A stretch of 64,000 bases of DNA from a virus: positions 19,247 to 83,246 of the IMG/VR virus record IMGVR_UViG_3300032236_000879; one strand, given 5' to 3'. Every line of letters starts with the position of its first letter. Within the stretch, counting starts at the first letter, position 1. Both the position numbers and the translations under genes were made by a program. The notes beneath the pieces were generated by a model. The model was given only the letters and a program-made list of their open reading frames with translations, was not told the origin of the DNA and made no database searches. Shown here piece after piece: positions 49,010 through 58,398 of the stretch.

Positions 49010-49951
49010 ATGGATGACATTATTGATGTTGCAGACTTAGATGTAATCTATCTAAGTTATGATGAACCGCAGAAAGAAGAATTCTGGCTAAAGATCAAGA
49101 ACATGGTTCCTTGGGCTGTTCGAGTCGACGGAGTCAAGGGTTCGGATGCTGCACACAAAGCAGCAGGTGAAGCGTCCACAACAGAACGTTTTATTCTGAT
49201 TGACGGGGACAATATGCCCGATGAAGAATTCTTTAATCTGCAATTAGATTTTACAGGACTTGATCCTAACTACACATTAGCACAGTATCGTTGGAGAGCA
49301 GTTAACGCTATTAACGGTCTGCGTTATGGCAATGGCGGTATGTCTTCTTGGACTAAGACCTACGTTGCTAATATGAAGACCCATGAGACAAGTGATGGAA
49401 GCGATGCTACGGCTGTGGATTTCTGCATGGATTCTTCTGATAATCTATACTGGGCGATGCATGATTGCTACTCAACGACGTATCCGAATTATACTCCCTT
49501 TCAAGCATGGAGAGCAGGATTCCGTGAAGGTGTCAAGATGGTGCTTGATCGGGGTGCAAAACCTAGTATAGATGATTTTAAAGAACGAGCATCAACCCGC
49601 AATCTAAACAATCTTACCGTCTGGCATAATGTAGGCTTAGACGTAGCGAACGGTGATTGGGCTATCTATGGAGCAAGGCTCGGTACTTATATGACTCTGC
49701 TCACTGACTGGGATCACAGAAACGTCATGTGGTTTGACAACTTCCCTGAACTTTGGGAAAAACACAAGACGAATCCCATTCATTATGCAGAAGAAATAGG
49801 TGAAGAGTTAGAAGCTAAGTTAGGTCTACCTATCTGTACGCTGACGCCTGCTCAAAGCAAATTCTTCAAGCGTCATTATAATGCAGACAAATATAATATG
49901 GGTCCTCTCGTCAAAGAGATGGACGTTATAAGACAAATTGAAGGTTGGTAG
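49010..49951 (+). CDS. GT-A (GT2-like) glycosyltransferase
   Basis: YLSYDEP, RVDGVKGSDAAH, FILIDGDN (DxD), NGLRYGNGG, FQAWRAGFREGVKM motifs. Confidence 0.7.
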   Translation: MDDIIDVADLDVIYLSYDEPQKEEFWLKIKNMVPWAVRVDGVKGSDAAHKAAGEASTTERFILIDGDNMPDEEFFNLQLDFTGLDPNYTLAQYRWRAVNAINGLRYGNGGMSSWTKTYVANMKTHETSDGSDATAVDFCMDSSDNLYWAMHDCYSTTYPNYTPFQAWRAGFREGVKMVLDRGAKPSIDDFKERASTRNLNNLTVWHNVGLDVANGDWAIYGARLGTYMTLLTDWDHRNVMWFDNFPELWEKHKTNPIHYAEEIGEELEAKLGLPICTLTPAQSKFFKRHYNADKYNMGPLVKEMDVIRQIEGW

Positions 49952-49957
49952 GGCCCT

Positions 49958-50476
49958 CTATTTCTTAACTCTACAATTAACGCCGTGGTAGCGAGTATAG
50001 TTAGACTTGCCTAGCCCTTCTTTATTACAGTGCGGGCATTTCCATTTAACTTGTGAATGATGGGTTCCGTTTTCTAAATGTCTTCTGTGATGTGTTCTTT
50101 GTATTTCGCCCCCTAAAAAGGGATGAGTACCGTTCTGAGAACGCAATAAGTTATTTTTAGATTGCATTCCGCTCTGGAATATGTGATTGCCCCTTTCAAG
50201 CTGTTGTCTATTACGCTTAACCGCTAATTCAGATATTAACTCAGGAGATAATTTCATTCTCTTTGCGATTAAAAAACATGCAACCCAGTCTTCTTGTTGA
50301 TAATGAATATCATAGTGTTCTTGAATAGTAACTGCTTTTAAATTACTAGGGTCAATGTTGTCATGATTCCCGTCAATGTGATGAATGTCACATCTTCTAC
50401 CATGCTCATCTTTAGGAATAGGACCGTAGTGACGCTCGTAAATTTTGCGGTAGTTGTTGCCAGTGTAAATAGTCAT
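49958..50476 (-). mobile_element. Free-standing HNH homing endonuclease inserted antisense
   Basis: DIHHIDGNHDN.DPSNL......EH...H; GTHPF-type repeats; C-terminal CPHC...YHG.NC zinc finger. Confidence 0.85.
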
Positions 50477-50545
50477 GCTGATTGCTCCTTCATAGCATTA
50501 GAGTAGTTGGGAATCCCCATTCCGCGAACTACACTTTTATTTATC
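50474..50545 (-). promoter_or_regulatory. Late promoter plus structured 5' leader of the HNH gene
   Basis: GATAAATA (50545-50538), hairpin GTAGTT-CGC-GGAAT-GGGG-ATTCC-C-AACTAC, then ATGCT...AAGGAGCA...AGCATG pairing around the RBS/start. Confidence 0.65.
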
Positions 50546-50560
50546 TTATAGGAACAAATT

Positions 50561-51958
50561 GTGTCAGAATCAGAAGTTGATAGAATTAAGCGTATTAGAG
50601 ATTATATAGATGTTGATGCTACTAAGACTTTCTGTTTAGCAAAATGGCATCATGTTACTATGTATTTACAGAGCGGCGAGACACACTCTTGTTACCATCC
50701 GCAACCACATAAAGTTCCTTTAAGCGAACTTGCTGAAAACCCGTCTGCATTGCATAATACTATGTATAAGAAACTTGAGCGCAAACAGATGCTAGCAGGA
50801 GAGAAGCCTTCTGGGTGTCAGTACTGTTGGAATGTGGAAGCAATGGGTCCTGATTATATCAGTGACAGACACATTCGTAATAGTTCTATCTTCACTGAGG
50901 AAAGATTCAATCAGACCGCTAACGGACCTTGGCATCAAAATATTAACCCGGAATATCTTGAGATCAACTTCGGCAACGAATGCAATTTCAAGTGTGGTTA
51001 TTGTCATCCCAAGTATTCGACTTCTTTTTTCAAAGAAATCGAGAAGTTCGGTCCAGTCACCGGCGTCAAAAATCATCGATGCGATGTTGACTGGATGAAA
51101 TTATATCAACGTGAAGAAGAAAATCCTTATGTTGATGCGTTCTGGAAGTGGTGGCCAGAACTACGCAAGACTTTAAACATCATGCGTGTTACTGGGGGAG
51201 AGCCAACATTGCACAAGTCTACTTGGCAATTGTTAGATAAAATCGATGAAGACCCGATGCCTTGGTTAGAGTTGAATATCAACTCTAACCTCGGTACTAA
51301 GAATATTCTGATTGATCGCCTAGCAACTAAAGTAAAGAAGCTGGTAGATGAGAATAAGATTCGTTCATTCAAGTTATTTACTTCTGTGGATACGTGGGGA
51401 CCTCGTGCAGAATATATTCGTACTGGGCTAGACTTACAAACATGGGAAGAGAACTTCCACACTTATCTGCAAAAGTCTGACTCTGCTATTACCTTCATGA
51501 TCACGTTCAACATCTTCTCAGTTACCTCTTTCAAGTCTCTGTTAGAGAAGTTCCTTGAATGGCGCAAGCAGTATGGTTGGTTCGAGGATCGTAAAGAACA
51601 CAAGGTTCGTTTTGACACTCCATATCTACGTGAACCGATTCAGTATGATATGAACATCTTGCCTAAGGAAGAGTTCATGCCCTACATGTATGAATCGCTA
51701 CAGTTCATGAAGGATAATCTAGACGATAATCGTCCTGACGCCTTCTCGACAATCGAATATGAGAAGTTCAAGAGAGTCGTTGACTACATGGCTGAAACCG
51801 TCTATACTGATGAGAAACTGATTGAAGGTCGCCGTGACTTCTACAATTGGTTCAACGAACTGGATGATCGCAGAGAGAATGATATGCTCTCAGTCTTTCC
51901 AGAGATGATGGATTTTTATAGGCTATGTCAAGAAATCAATATTACCAACCCTCTATAA
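50561..51958 (+). CDS. Radical SAM protein with auxiliary Cys-rich (twitch/SPASM-like) N-terminal region
   Basis: CNFKCGYC (CxxxCxxC), VTGGEP, N-terminal FC.AKW...HSCYH and GCQYCW. Confidence 0.9.
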   Translation: MSESEVDRIKRIRDYIDVDATKTFCLAKWHHVTMYLQSGETHSCYHPQPHKVPLSELAENPSALHNTMYKKLERKQMLAGEKPSGCQYCWNVEAMGPDYISDRHIRNSSIFTEERFNQTANGPWHQNINPEYLEINFGNECNFKCGYCHPKYSTSFFKEIEKFGPVTGVKNHRCDVDWMKLYQREEENPYVDAFWKWWPELRKTLNIMRVTGGEPTLHKSTWQLLDKIDEDPMPWLELNINSNLGTKNILIDRLATKVKKLVDENKIRSFKLFTSVDTWGPRAEYIRTGLDLQTWEENFHTYLQKSDSAITFMITFNIFSVTSFKSLLEKFLEWRKQYGWFEDRKEHKVRFDTPYLREPIQYDMNILPKEEFMPYMYESLQFMKDNLDDNRPDAFSTIEYEKFKRVVDYMAETVYTDEKLIEGRRDFYNWFNELDDRRENDMLSVFPEMMDFYRLCQEINITNPL

Positions 51959-52188
51959 ACTCGTACGTGACAAGCATGGCCGTTTTCAATGCTATTGACG
52001 ACGGGTGGTCTATGATTGGTACGCACATGCCTACTAGCCAAAAGGTATATGCAGTCAGAAATGATATAGCCAGATGGATAGAAACACAACCACCTCACAT
52101 GTGGAAGTTTTATGATGTAGATAATATGCTGAATTGCTACCTGCTTAGTGAAGAATTACTATCATGGATGATATTGAAATGGCGATAG
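51925..52188 (+). CDS. Hypothetical protein (start possibly ATG 51977)
   Basis: ORF track; Trp-rich, ends WMILKWR. Confidence 0.45.
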   Translation: MSRNQYYQPSINSYVTSMAVFNAIDDGWSMIGTHMPTSQKVYAVRNDIARWIETQPPHMWKFYDVDNMLNCYLLSEELLSWMILKWR

Positions 52189-52254
52189 AGTTCTAGAAAC
52201 CTTTTGGCATCATTCAGCAGAATTAAATAGATTTACAAATTTAGGAGAATAATC

Positions 52255-52524
52255 ATGACCGTAGTAAGCAGCGATAATTTTATTGATCATGATACTGGAA
52301 AGAAGGTATCTAAGATCATCGAAAAGTATATGGACACTGAACTGTCTGAAGAAACATGCGATCTAGTTCTAGAGGATATCCGAGAAACCTTTAGTCAGAA
52401 TCACTTTGCAGAAGTATCTGTTGACACAGATACCGGTGAGATCGCAGTCATCATTGAAGATAAGAATAACCGACTACTGAAGTGTACATCACTTCAGATA
52501 TTAGAAACAAAGAATGATCGATAA
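52255..52524 (+). CDS. Acidic hypothetical protein
   Basis: AGGAG RBS; TAAATA at 52224-52229 upstream. Confidence 0.6.
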   Translation: MTVVSSDNFIDHDTGKKVSKIIEKYMDTELSEETCDLVLEDIRETFSQNHFAEVSVDTDTGEIAVIIEDKNNRLLKCTSLQILETKNDR

Positions 52525-52576
52525 AACACAAATTGAAAAACCAGGAATAGATATTATCACACTGAAGTTCCATGTG

Positions 52577-52584
52577 AATAAATA
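52577..52584 (+). promoter_or_regulatory. Late promoter AATAAATA, 5 nt before ATG
   Basis: AATAAATA-aaaac-ATG; no SD. Confidence 0.6.
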
Positions 52585-52589
52585 AAAAC

Positions 52590-53903
52590 ATGTCAGAACA
52601 TGTCAAAATTGTATATAGTTGGATAGGACCTAGGGGTCCTATATGGAACACTGAACTCCCGAATATATTAACACTTGCTCATGCTAGTTATGATGCACAC
52701 TTAGAAACCCATCGGGTTTGGACAGATCAATTGTATCATAAACTATTTAGGAATTGCAAAGAAAAATTCCAACTTTCTTCGACTGTTGATATCACGAAAG
52801 ATGATCTATTCATCTATCCTTTTTCATTGACCTGGAGAATAAATTTTGAGAATTACTTCCAACCGGATGAAGGAATACTTGAATTCTCACACACTCCGAA
52901 TAGCATCATTGATGCTGTAAAGTATGGTAAAGGATTCTTCTTGATCGATCACTCACTTGAGTCATTTGTTCAGTACAATCATCTAAGCAAGATGCATTTT
53001 TATTTCAGTAATGCAGGTATTCCGTTAAACAAAATTATATATGTTACTGGTTGCATGAATGCTGATGAAGCATATCACTATTTCTTGCAAGCATATAATC
53101 TCTCAACTAATCCCAAAGATAAATTAAATCTAGTTTCTTATCCTACGCATCAAACTAATATGTACCGTGTTATACATCGTACAAGACTTGATCCAGTTTA
53201 TGATACCGAAACTGTTCCTTCAAAGTTATTCTTGACCTGGAATAGGAGATTTAGGTCGCACAGAATCAATCTCATGCTAGGTCTAGAAAAACTAAATCTT
53301 GTAGATCGATCTTTTGTAAGCATTGGGATAGTCGACCCCGAACAAGCACATCTCACTTTTGCACAAGTTGCAGGAGACGGTAATCCTGCATTAGGTACCG
53401 ATCGTTCGCACGTGGAGAGATTTTTTAGTAGGCTACCGCTTGAACTAGATCATGAAACTAGCCTGCCAGATATGTGTTCTGACATGTCGGGCAAGACTAG
53501 AAATTTTTATTCAAATAGCCTTCTCAGTATCGTGACTGAAACTAATTATGAAGCAAGAGAAGTCACTACTACAGAAAAGACATTTAAGCCGATGATACAT
53601 CGCCATCCCTTCATCATGGTAGGTGCTGCTAAAACGCTAGCTTCACTGAAGATTCTGGGTTATCAGACATTTGATAGGTGGTGGAGTGAAGATTATGACA
53701 ATATTAATGATCCAAACGAAAGAATGCAAGAAATATTGCGGGTGTGCGAAGAAATAGGAACTTGGTCACCCGAGAAAATTTTGCAATTCAAAAGAGAAGT
53801 GAAGCCAGTACTTGATCATAACTTTAGTGTTATGAGTAAAGATATTGCCGAAACAGTGGCTATAAATATTGATAAAGTTGTTAGACCGACAGATGGATTA
53901 TAG
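52590..53903 (+). CDS. Putative GT-B glycosyltransferase, GT10 (fucosyltransferase)-like, paralog 1
   Basis: FLTWNRR.R.HR and SIVTET...TEKTFKP...HPFI...GYQTF..WW.E.YD block shared with 55452 and 58376. Confidence 0.5.
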   Translation: MSEHVKIVYSWIGPRGPIWNTELPNILTLAHASYDAHLETHRVWTDQLYHKLFRNCKEKFQLSSTVDITKDDLFIYPFSLTWRINFENYFQPDEGILEFSHTPNSIIDAVKYGKGFFLIDHSLESFVQYNHLSKMHFYFSNAGIPLNKIIYVTGCMNADEAYHYFLQAYNLSTNPKDKLNLVSYPTHQTNMYRVIHRTRLDPVYDTETVPSKLFLTWNRRFRSHRINLMLGLEKLNLVDRSFVSIGIVDPEQAHLTFAQVAGDGNPALGTDRSHVERFFSRLPLELDHETSLPDMCSDMSGKTRNFYSNSLLSIVTETNYEAREVTTTEKTFKPMIHRHPFIMVGAAKTLASLKILGYQTFDRWWSEDYDNINDPNERMQEILRVCEEIGTWSPEKILQFKREVKPVLDHNFSVMSKDIAETVAINIDKVVRPTDGL

Positions 53904-54495
53904 TCAATACCAAGAACAAGAATATATTCTAGAATATTTTGGTTCTAGCACGGGTACTTTTCTAGATGTCGGAGCAGCAGACGGTATCACATTTAGTAAT
54001 GTTTATCAATTACTATTGAATGGTTGGTCTGGAATATCCGTAGAACCTGAAACTCGGACTTTTAGAACTTTAATCCATAACTACAAGCGATTTGGATCAC
54101 GCTCAGAGTTAGTAATGTCCGTGATAGATAAGCAAGAAGGCTTTGTAACCTTCTATGAAAACGGACAACTTAGTTCTACTTCGACTGAGCATATGGTTAA
54201 TTGGGAATGGCATAGGCTTAAGAATGGATATGAATGGAAACCCGTTACTCACTATGCAATCACGTTTGATACTCTGTTAAAGAATTATTCTGCTCGTAAT
54301 TTTGACTTCATCAGTATTGACCTAGAAGGACAAAATAGTAGCATAGTTCTTTCCACTGACTGGAATCTCGCACCTGAATGTAAATTGATTTGTATCGAAC
54401 ATGATCAAAATTGGGATCCAATTATTAGTTATCTAGAGCAATATGGTTTTAAGTTCTATCAAAGAACCCCTGTTAATATATTAATGAGTAGATGA
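53893..54495 (+). CDS. FkbM-family SAM-dependent methyltransferase
   Basis: FLDVGAADG, W.G..VEP, DFISIDLEG motifs; ATG 53893 preferred; TATAAATA at 53861-53868. Confidence 0.85.
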   Translation: MDYSQYQEQEYILEYFGSSTGTFLDVGAADGITFSNVYQLLLNGWSGISVEPETRTFRTLIHNYKRFGSRSELVMSVIDKQEGFVTFYENGQLSSTSTEHMVNWEWHRLKNGYEWKPVTHYAITFDTLLKNYSARNFDFISIDLEGQNSSIVLSTDWNLAPECKLICIEHDQNWDPIISYLEQYGFKFYQRTPVNILMSR

Positions 54496-54496
54496 T

Positions 54497-55459
54497 ATGA
54501 AAAACATATTAGTATGCGGCGCCGGTGGATTTATTGGATCACACCTAGTAGAAAGCCTAAAAGTACAAGGACATTATGTAGTAGGAGCTGATCTAAAGTC
54601 TCCGGAATATTCTGATACTAAAGCGAATAGCTTTTATATAATTGACCTACGTGTTGCTAATAATGTGAATACATTATTTGATTATCATAAATTTGATGAG
54701 GTTTATCAATTAGCAGCAGACATGGGTGGGGCTGGATATATTTTTACAGGCGAACATGATGCAGATATCATGCACAACTCTGCTATAATCAATCTAAATG
54801 TCCTAGATGCTATGAAAAAGTACGGAGTAAAGAAGGTGTTCTATAGCTCAAGTGCTTGTATGTACCCATCACACAATCAAGAGGATCCGGACAATCCTCT
54901 ACTAACAGAAGACAGTGCTTACCCTGCTAATCCAGACAGCGAGTATGGTTGGGAAAAGCTATTCAGTGAACGCTTGTATATGAGCTATGCACGTAATTAT
55001 GGAATTGAAGCTCGCATTGCACGTTTCCACAATATCTTTGGCCCGCTCGGATCATGGAACAATGGTAAAGAGAAAGCACCGGCTGCACTATGTCGCAAAG
55101 TAGCAATGGCTGAAGACAATAGTGAAATAGAGATTTGGGGACCCGGTAATCAGACACGTTCATTTTTATATATTGATGAATGTATTGAAGGCATACATCG
55201 TATTATGGAAAGTGATTGCACCTTACCATTAAATCTCGGCTCAACAAGAATGATTAGCATCAACGATCTAGCCTTATTAATAGCGAGTCTCACTAACAAG
55301 AAAATCAAAATTAAGAACATAGATGGACCGGTTGGCGTTATGGGTCGCAACAGCGACAACACATTGATTAAAGAAATGATTGGCTGGGCTCCCGGTGAAG
55401 ACTTGGAAGCAGGATTGATCAAGACTTATCAATGGATATCAGAACAACTCAATGTTTGA
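54497..55459 (+). CDS. NAD-dependent nucleotide-sugar epimerase, GDP-mannose 3,5-epimerase-like
   Basis: GAGGFIGSH, LAADMGG.G, SSACMYP, YGWEK, RFHNIFGP, KEKAPAA.CRK, QTRSF motifs, as in GME-type extended SDRs. Confidence 0.85.
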   Translation: MKNILVCGAGGFIGSHLVESLKVQGHYVVGADLKSPEYSDTKANSFYIIDLRVANNVNTLFDYHKFDEVYQLAADMGGAGYIFTGEHDADIMHNSAIINLNVLDAMKKYGVKKVFYSSSACMYPSHNQEDPDNPLLTEDSAYPANPDSEYGWEKLFSERLYMSYARNYGIEARIARFHNIFGPLGSWNNGKEKAPAALCRKVAMAEDNSEIEIWGPGNQTRSFLYIDECIEGIHRIMESDCTLPLNLGSTRMISINDLALLIASLTNKKIKIKNIDGPVGVMGRNSDNTLIKEMIGWAPGEDLEAGLIKTYQWISEQLNV

Positions 55460-56561
55460 TTCGATTGATTTTCCTCTAGAGGAATGGATACATGTTTATT
55501 GTAATGCTGGTCTATCTCCATATCCACTTCTGTCTGACGCTGATAAAATAATAGAGGAAATAAATCTTAATCCTAATCGTAATAAGATTATATTCATGGC
55601 ACACGGTGACGGGTTCACTGTACACTTTAATACATTTAGTGAGATCGCACGACGCATAATGAATGGCACTGGCATACCATTAGAGAACATTGCGATAGTG
55701 ATCGGCTCTCAATGCACGAAAGAAACAATCGAGTTATATAAGAAATATATAGAAGAATATAATTGGCTTCCGATCAGATTGGTTCTCAGTAATACATGGG
55801 AGTATTCATCCGGTAAACGTATTAGAGCAAACCCCGAATCATATGATCAATTCGATACTACGCCTAGAGTCAAGGATCATCTTTTGTTATGCTATAATAG
55901 AGGACAGAAATTTCATCGATGGTATGTAATTGCTGAATTGATTAAGCGTAACTTACTTTCACGTTCGTTCGTATCTGCATATCACACAGTAGATGAATTA
56001 GATCCTTACACTATTGAGGATCGTGTGGGGGCAGGTCTCACTGAAGAACTCTACGATATACTATGTGAACATAAAGATATTTTTCCATTGAAGCTATCAA
56101 TGAAGGACTTCGCTGAAGCAGGTGAAAAACAATATTCACCTTTAGGTGACGATGTAGCATACTTTAATAATAGTTATTTTAGTCTGATTACTGAAACACT
56201 ATACTACGGTAAACAGTTAAATGGTTGCGGTCATATACCCTCGCACTTTCTAACTGAGAAGACGTTCAAAGTAATCGCAACCAAGCATCCGTTTATTCTT
56301 TTGCAATGGCCAGGCACACTAAAATCTCTTAGAAGAATGGGATATAAAACGTTTCATCCTTATATCGATGAATCATATGATGTGATAGAAGATGACGTTC
56401 TTAGACTAAATGCTATCATGGATGAAGTAGAACGATTATCTAAGTACACAGATGAACAGTGGTTGGAGTTCCAACACAACATAGAGTCAATTCTTCTTCA
56501 TAACTTCAATGTACTTCAGGCTTCGAAGCAACAACATTTAACTTTTAAGGATTTTATTTAA
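55452..56561 (+). CDS. Putative GT10-like glycosyltransferase, paralog 2
   Basis: LCYNR..KFHR; YFSLITET...FLTEKTFK....HPFI...GYKTFHPYIDESYD. Confidence 0.5.
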   Translation: MFDSIDFPLEEWIHVYCNAGLSPYPLLSDADKIIEEINLNPNRNKIIFMAHGDGFTVHFNTFSEIARRIMNGTGIPLENIAIVIGSQCTKETIELYKKYIEEYNWLPIRLVLSNTWEYSSGKRIRANPESYDQFDTTPRVKDHLLLCYNRGQKFHRWYVIAELIKRNLLSRSFVSAYHTVDELDPYTIEDRVGAGLTEELYDILCEHKDIFPLKLSMKDFAEAGEKQYSPLGDDVAYFNNSYFSLITETLYYGKQLNGCGHIPSHFLTEKTFKVIATKHPFILLQWPGTLKSLRRMGYKTFHPYIDESYDVIEDDVLRLNAIMDEVERLSKYTDEQWLEFQHNIESILLHNFNVLQASKQQHLTFKDFI

Positions 56562-57199
56562 TGTCAGATATCAGTTTAAAATGGTTAGTCGAAAACTTCC
56601 CGGAGAAGTGTAATTTTTTTGACATTGGCGCTGCTAATCTTAGCGACACCGTTACCTTCAAACAGCTTATGCCGAACAACACTTATTATGCATTTGAGTG
56701 TTCAGATATATGGAAAGAACAGAACATCATTACTGCTGAACGGTATGGTATTAATTACTTTCATCTAGCAATGTCTGACACATCAGACGTAGTGCAGTTT
56801 TATCCGTCAATAAAAAATCATGAGGGCAACGATTGGCCATGGTCAGGTAGCATATATGCACCCGGCACTTATCTAGCTACGACAGGGTTAGAATTTGGAG
56901 AAGGGTATACGGTGCCAAGCATTACACTGAATGAATTCTGCAAAGAACATCCGGCTCCAGATTTTATTCATATTGATGCTCAGGGTGCAGAGTACTCTAT
57001 TTTTAAAAATATGGAAATAAGACCATCTGCAATATGGGCTGAGATTTCTGCCTTCCATCTATACGATACTTCGGTGACATATCAGCAGTTTAATGATATG
57101 ATGTTGAGCTATGGCTATAAGCAAGCATATTTGGATAATAATGATTCCTTATATATACGTAGCGACTTAATTTTTACTGACTACCCTAACAGCAAATAA
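56561..57199 (+). CDS. FkbM-family methyltransferase
   Basis: FFDIGAAN, YAFE, PDFIHIDAQGAE motifs. Confidence 0.85.
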   Translation: MSDISLKWLVENFPEKCNFFDIGAANLSDTVTFKQLMPNNTYYAFECSDIWKEQNIITAERYGINYFHLAMSDTSDVVQFYPSIKNHEGNDWPWSGSIYAPGTYLATTGLEFGEGYTVPSITLNEFCKEHPAPDFIHIDAQGAEYSIFKNMEIRPSAIWAEISAFHLYDTSVTYQQFNDMMLSYGYKQAYLDNNDSLYIRSDLIFTDYPNSK

Positions 57200-57202
57200 A
57201 TA
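57195..57202 (+). promoter_or_regulatory. Late promoter AATAAATA, 5 nt before ATG
   Basis: AATAAATA-tcagc-ATG; no SD. Confidence 0.6.
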
Positions 57203-57207
57203 TCAGC

Positions 57208-58398
57208 ATGAGAAAAGTAGCAATGATCGGCGTAGGTAAACTAGGCCAAGACTGTGCCGAAGTAATGGCAGAACATTATGATGTTGTAGGATACGATGTG
57301 GAACCTCGTAGTCCAACATTTCCCATGCGGGCTTCTATTAAAGAAGCAGTAGAAGATAGAGATATAATCTTTATCGCAGCTCCCACTCCGCATGATCCTA
57401 AATATGGAGGAGAGACTCCTACTAGCCACTTAAATCCAAAAGACTTTGATTATACTATAGTCACTGGCATTCTAGAAGAAGTTAATAAGTATGTTACGCA
57501 AGATCAACTAGTTGTGTTGATCAGTACAGTACTTCCCGGTACAGTACGTAGATTATTACGCCCGTGTATTACTAATGCACGTTTCATTTATAATCCATAT
57601 CTTATTGCAATGGGTACGGTAAAGTGGGATATGGTTAATCCTGAAATGATTATTATTGGTACAGAGGATGGTAGTGAAACCGGAGATGCGGCAGCATTAT
57701 TTAAGTTTTATAAACCACTTATGAAGAACCGTCCTAGGGTAGAGATTGGTACTTGGGATGAAGCAGAAGCTATCAAGATTTTCTACAATACATTTATTAG
57801 CACTAAGGTTGCGATTGTTAATATGATTCAGGACGTTGCAGAGCGTAACGGCAATATGAACGTTGACGTAGTGACTAAGGCTCTTGCTAACTCAACATAT
57901 CGTATTACTGGCCCGGCGTATATGACAGCAGGGATGGGTGATGGTGGCGCGTGTCACCCTAGAGATAATATTGCACTGCGATACATGGCTGAAGAGCTTG
58001 GTTTGGGCTATGACTTGTTTGATGCTATCATGTATGCAAGAGAACAACAAGCAGAAAACATGGCTATGAAGATTCTACAATATGGTAAGAATGTTACGAT
58101 CATCGGGAAAGCATATAAGCCGGGTGTACACTATACTAATGGTAGTGCAAGTATGCTAGTTGGGCATTACGTTGAAGCCCTCGGTGGCACTGTCAACTAC
58201 TATGATGTGCATACTGGTGACACTGATCTTAAAGAAGGATGGACAGAAGTATATCTAATTGGATATTGGGACAAATATGTTGAGGCATTAGAGTTCCGTA
58301 TTGATAATATTGCTACAATTATTGACCCATGGCGCAAGTTTAATAAAAACAAAGCATCGGGGCAAGTGATTCATTATGGCAATACACGACAAGTATAA
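57208..58398 (+). CDS. UDP-glucose/GDP-mannose 6-dehydrogenase family
   Basis: IGVGKLG, AAPTP, STVLPGT, AE.IKIFYN.F...K, GGACHPRD (catalytic Cys), G.AYKP. Confidence 0.9.
   Translation: MRKVAMIGVGKLGQDCAEVMAEHYDVVGYDVEPRSPTFPMRASIKEAVEDRDIIFIAAPTPHDPKYGGETPTSHLNPKDFDYTIVTGILEEVNKYVTQDQLVVLISTVLPGTVRRLLRPCITNARFIYNPYLIAMGTVKWDMVNPEMIIIGTEDGSETGDAAALFKFYKPLMKNRPRVEIGTWDEAEAIKIFYNTFISTKVAIVNMIQDVAERNGNMNVDVVTKALANSTYRITGPAYMTAGMGDGGACHPRDNIALRYMAEELGLGYDLFDAIMYAREQQAENMAMKILQYGKNVTIIGKAYKPGVHYTNGSASMLVGHYVEALGGTVNYYDVHTGDTDLKEGWTEVYLIGYWDKYVEALEFRIDNIATIIDPWRKFNKNKASGQVIHYGNTRQV

Noticed and set aside
52514-52585. 23-aa ORF MIDKTQIEKPGIDIITLKFHVNK
   Set aside because: Too short, with no clear RBS or motif; cannot be supported.
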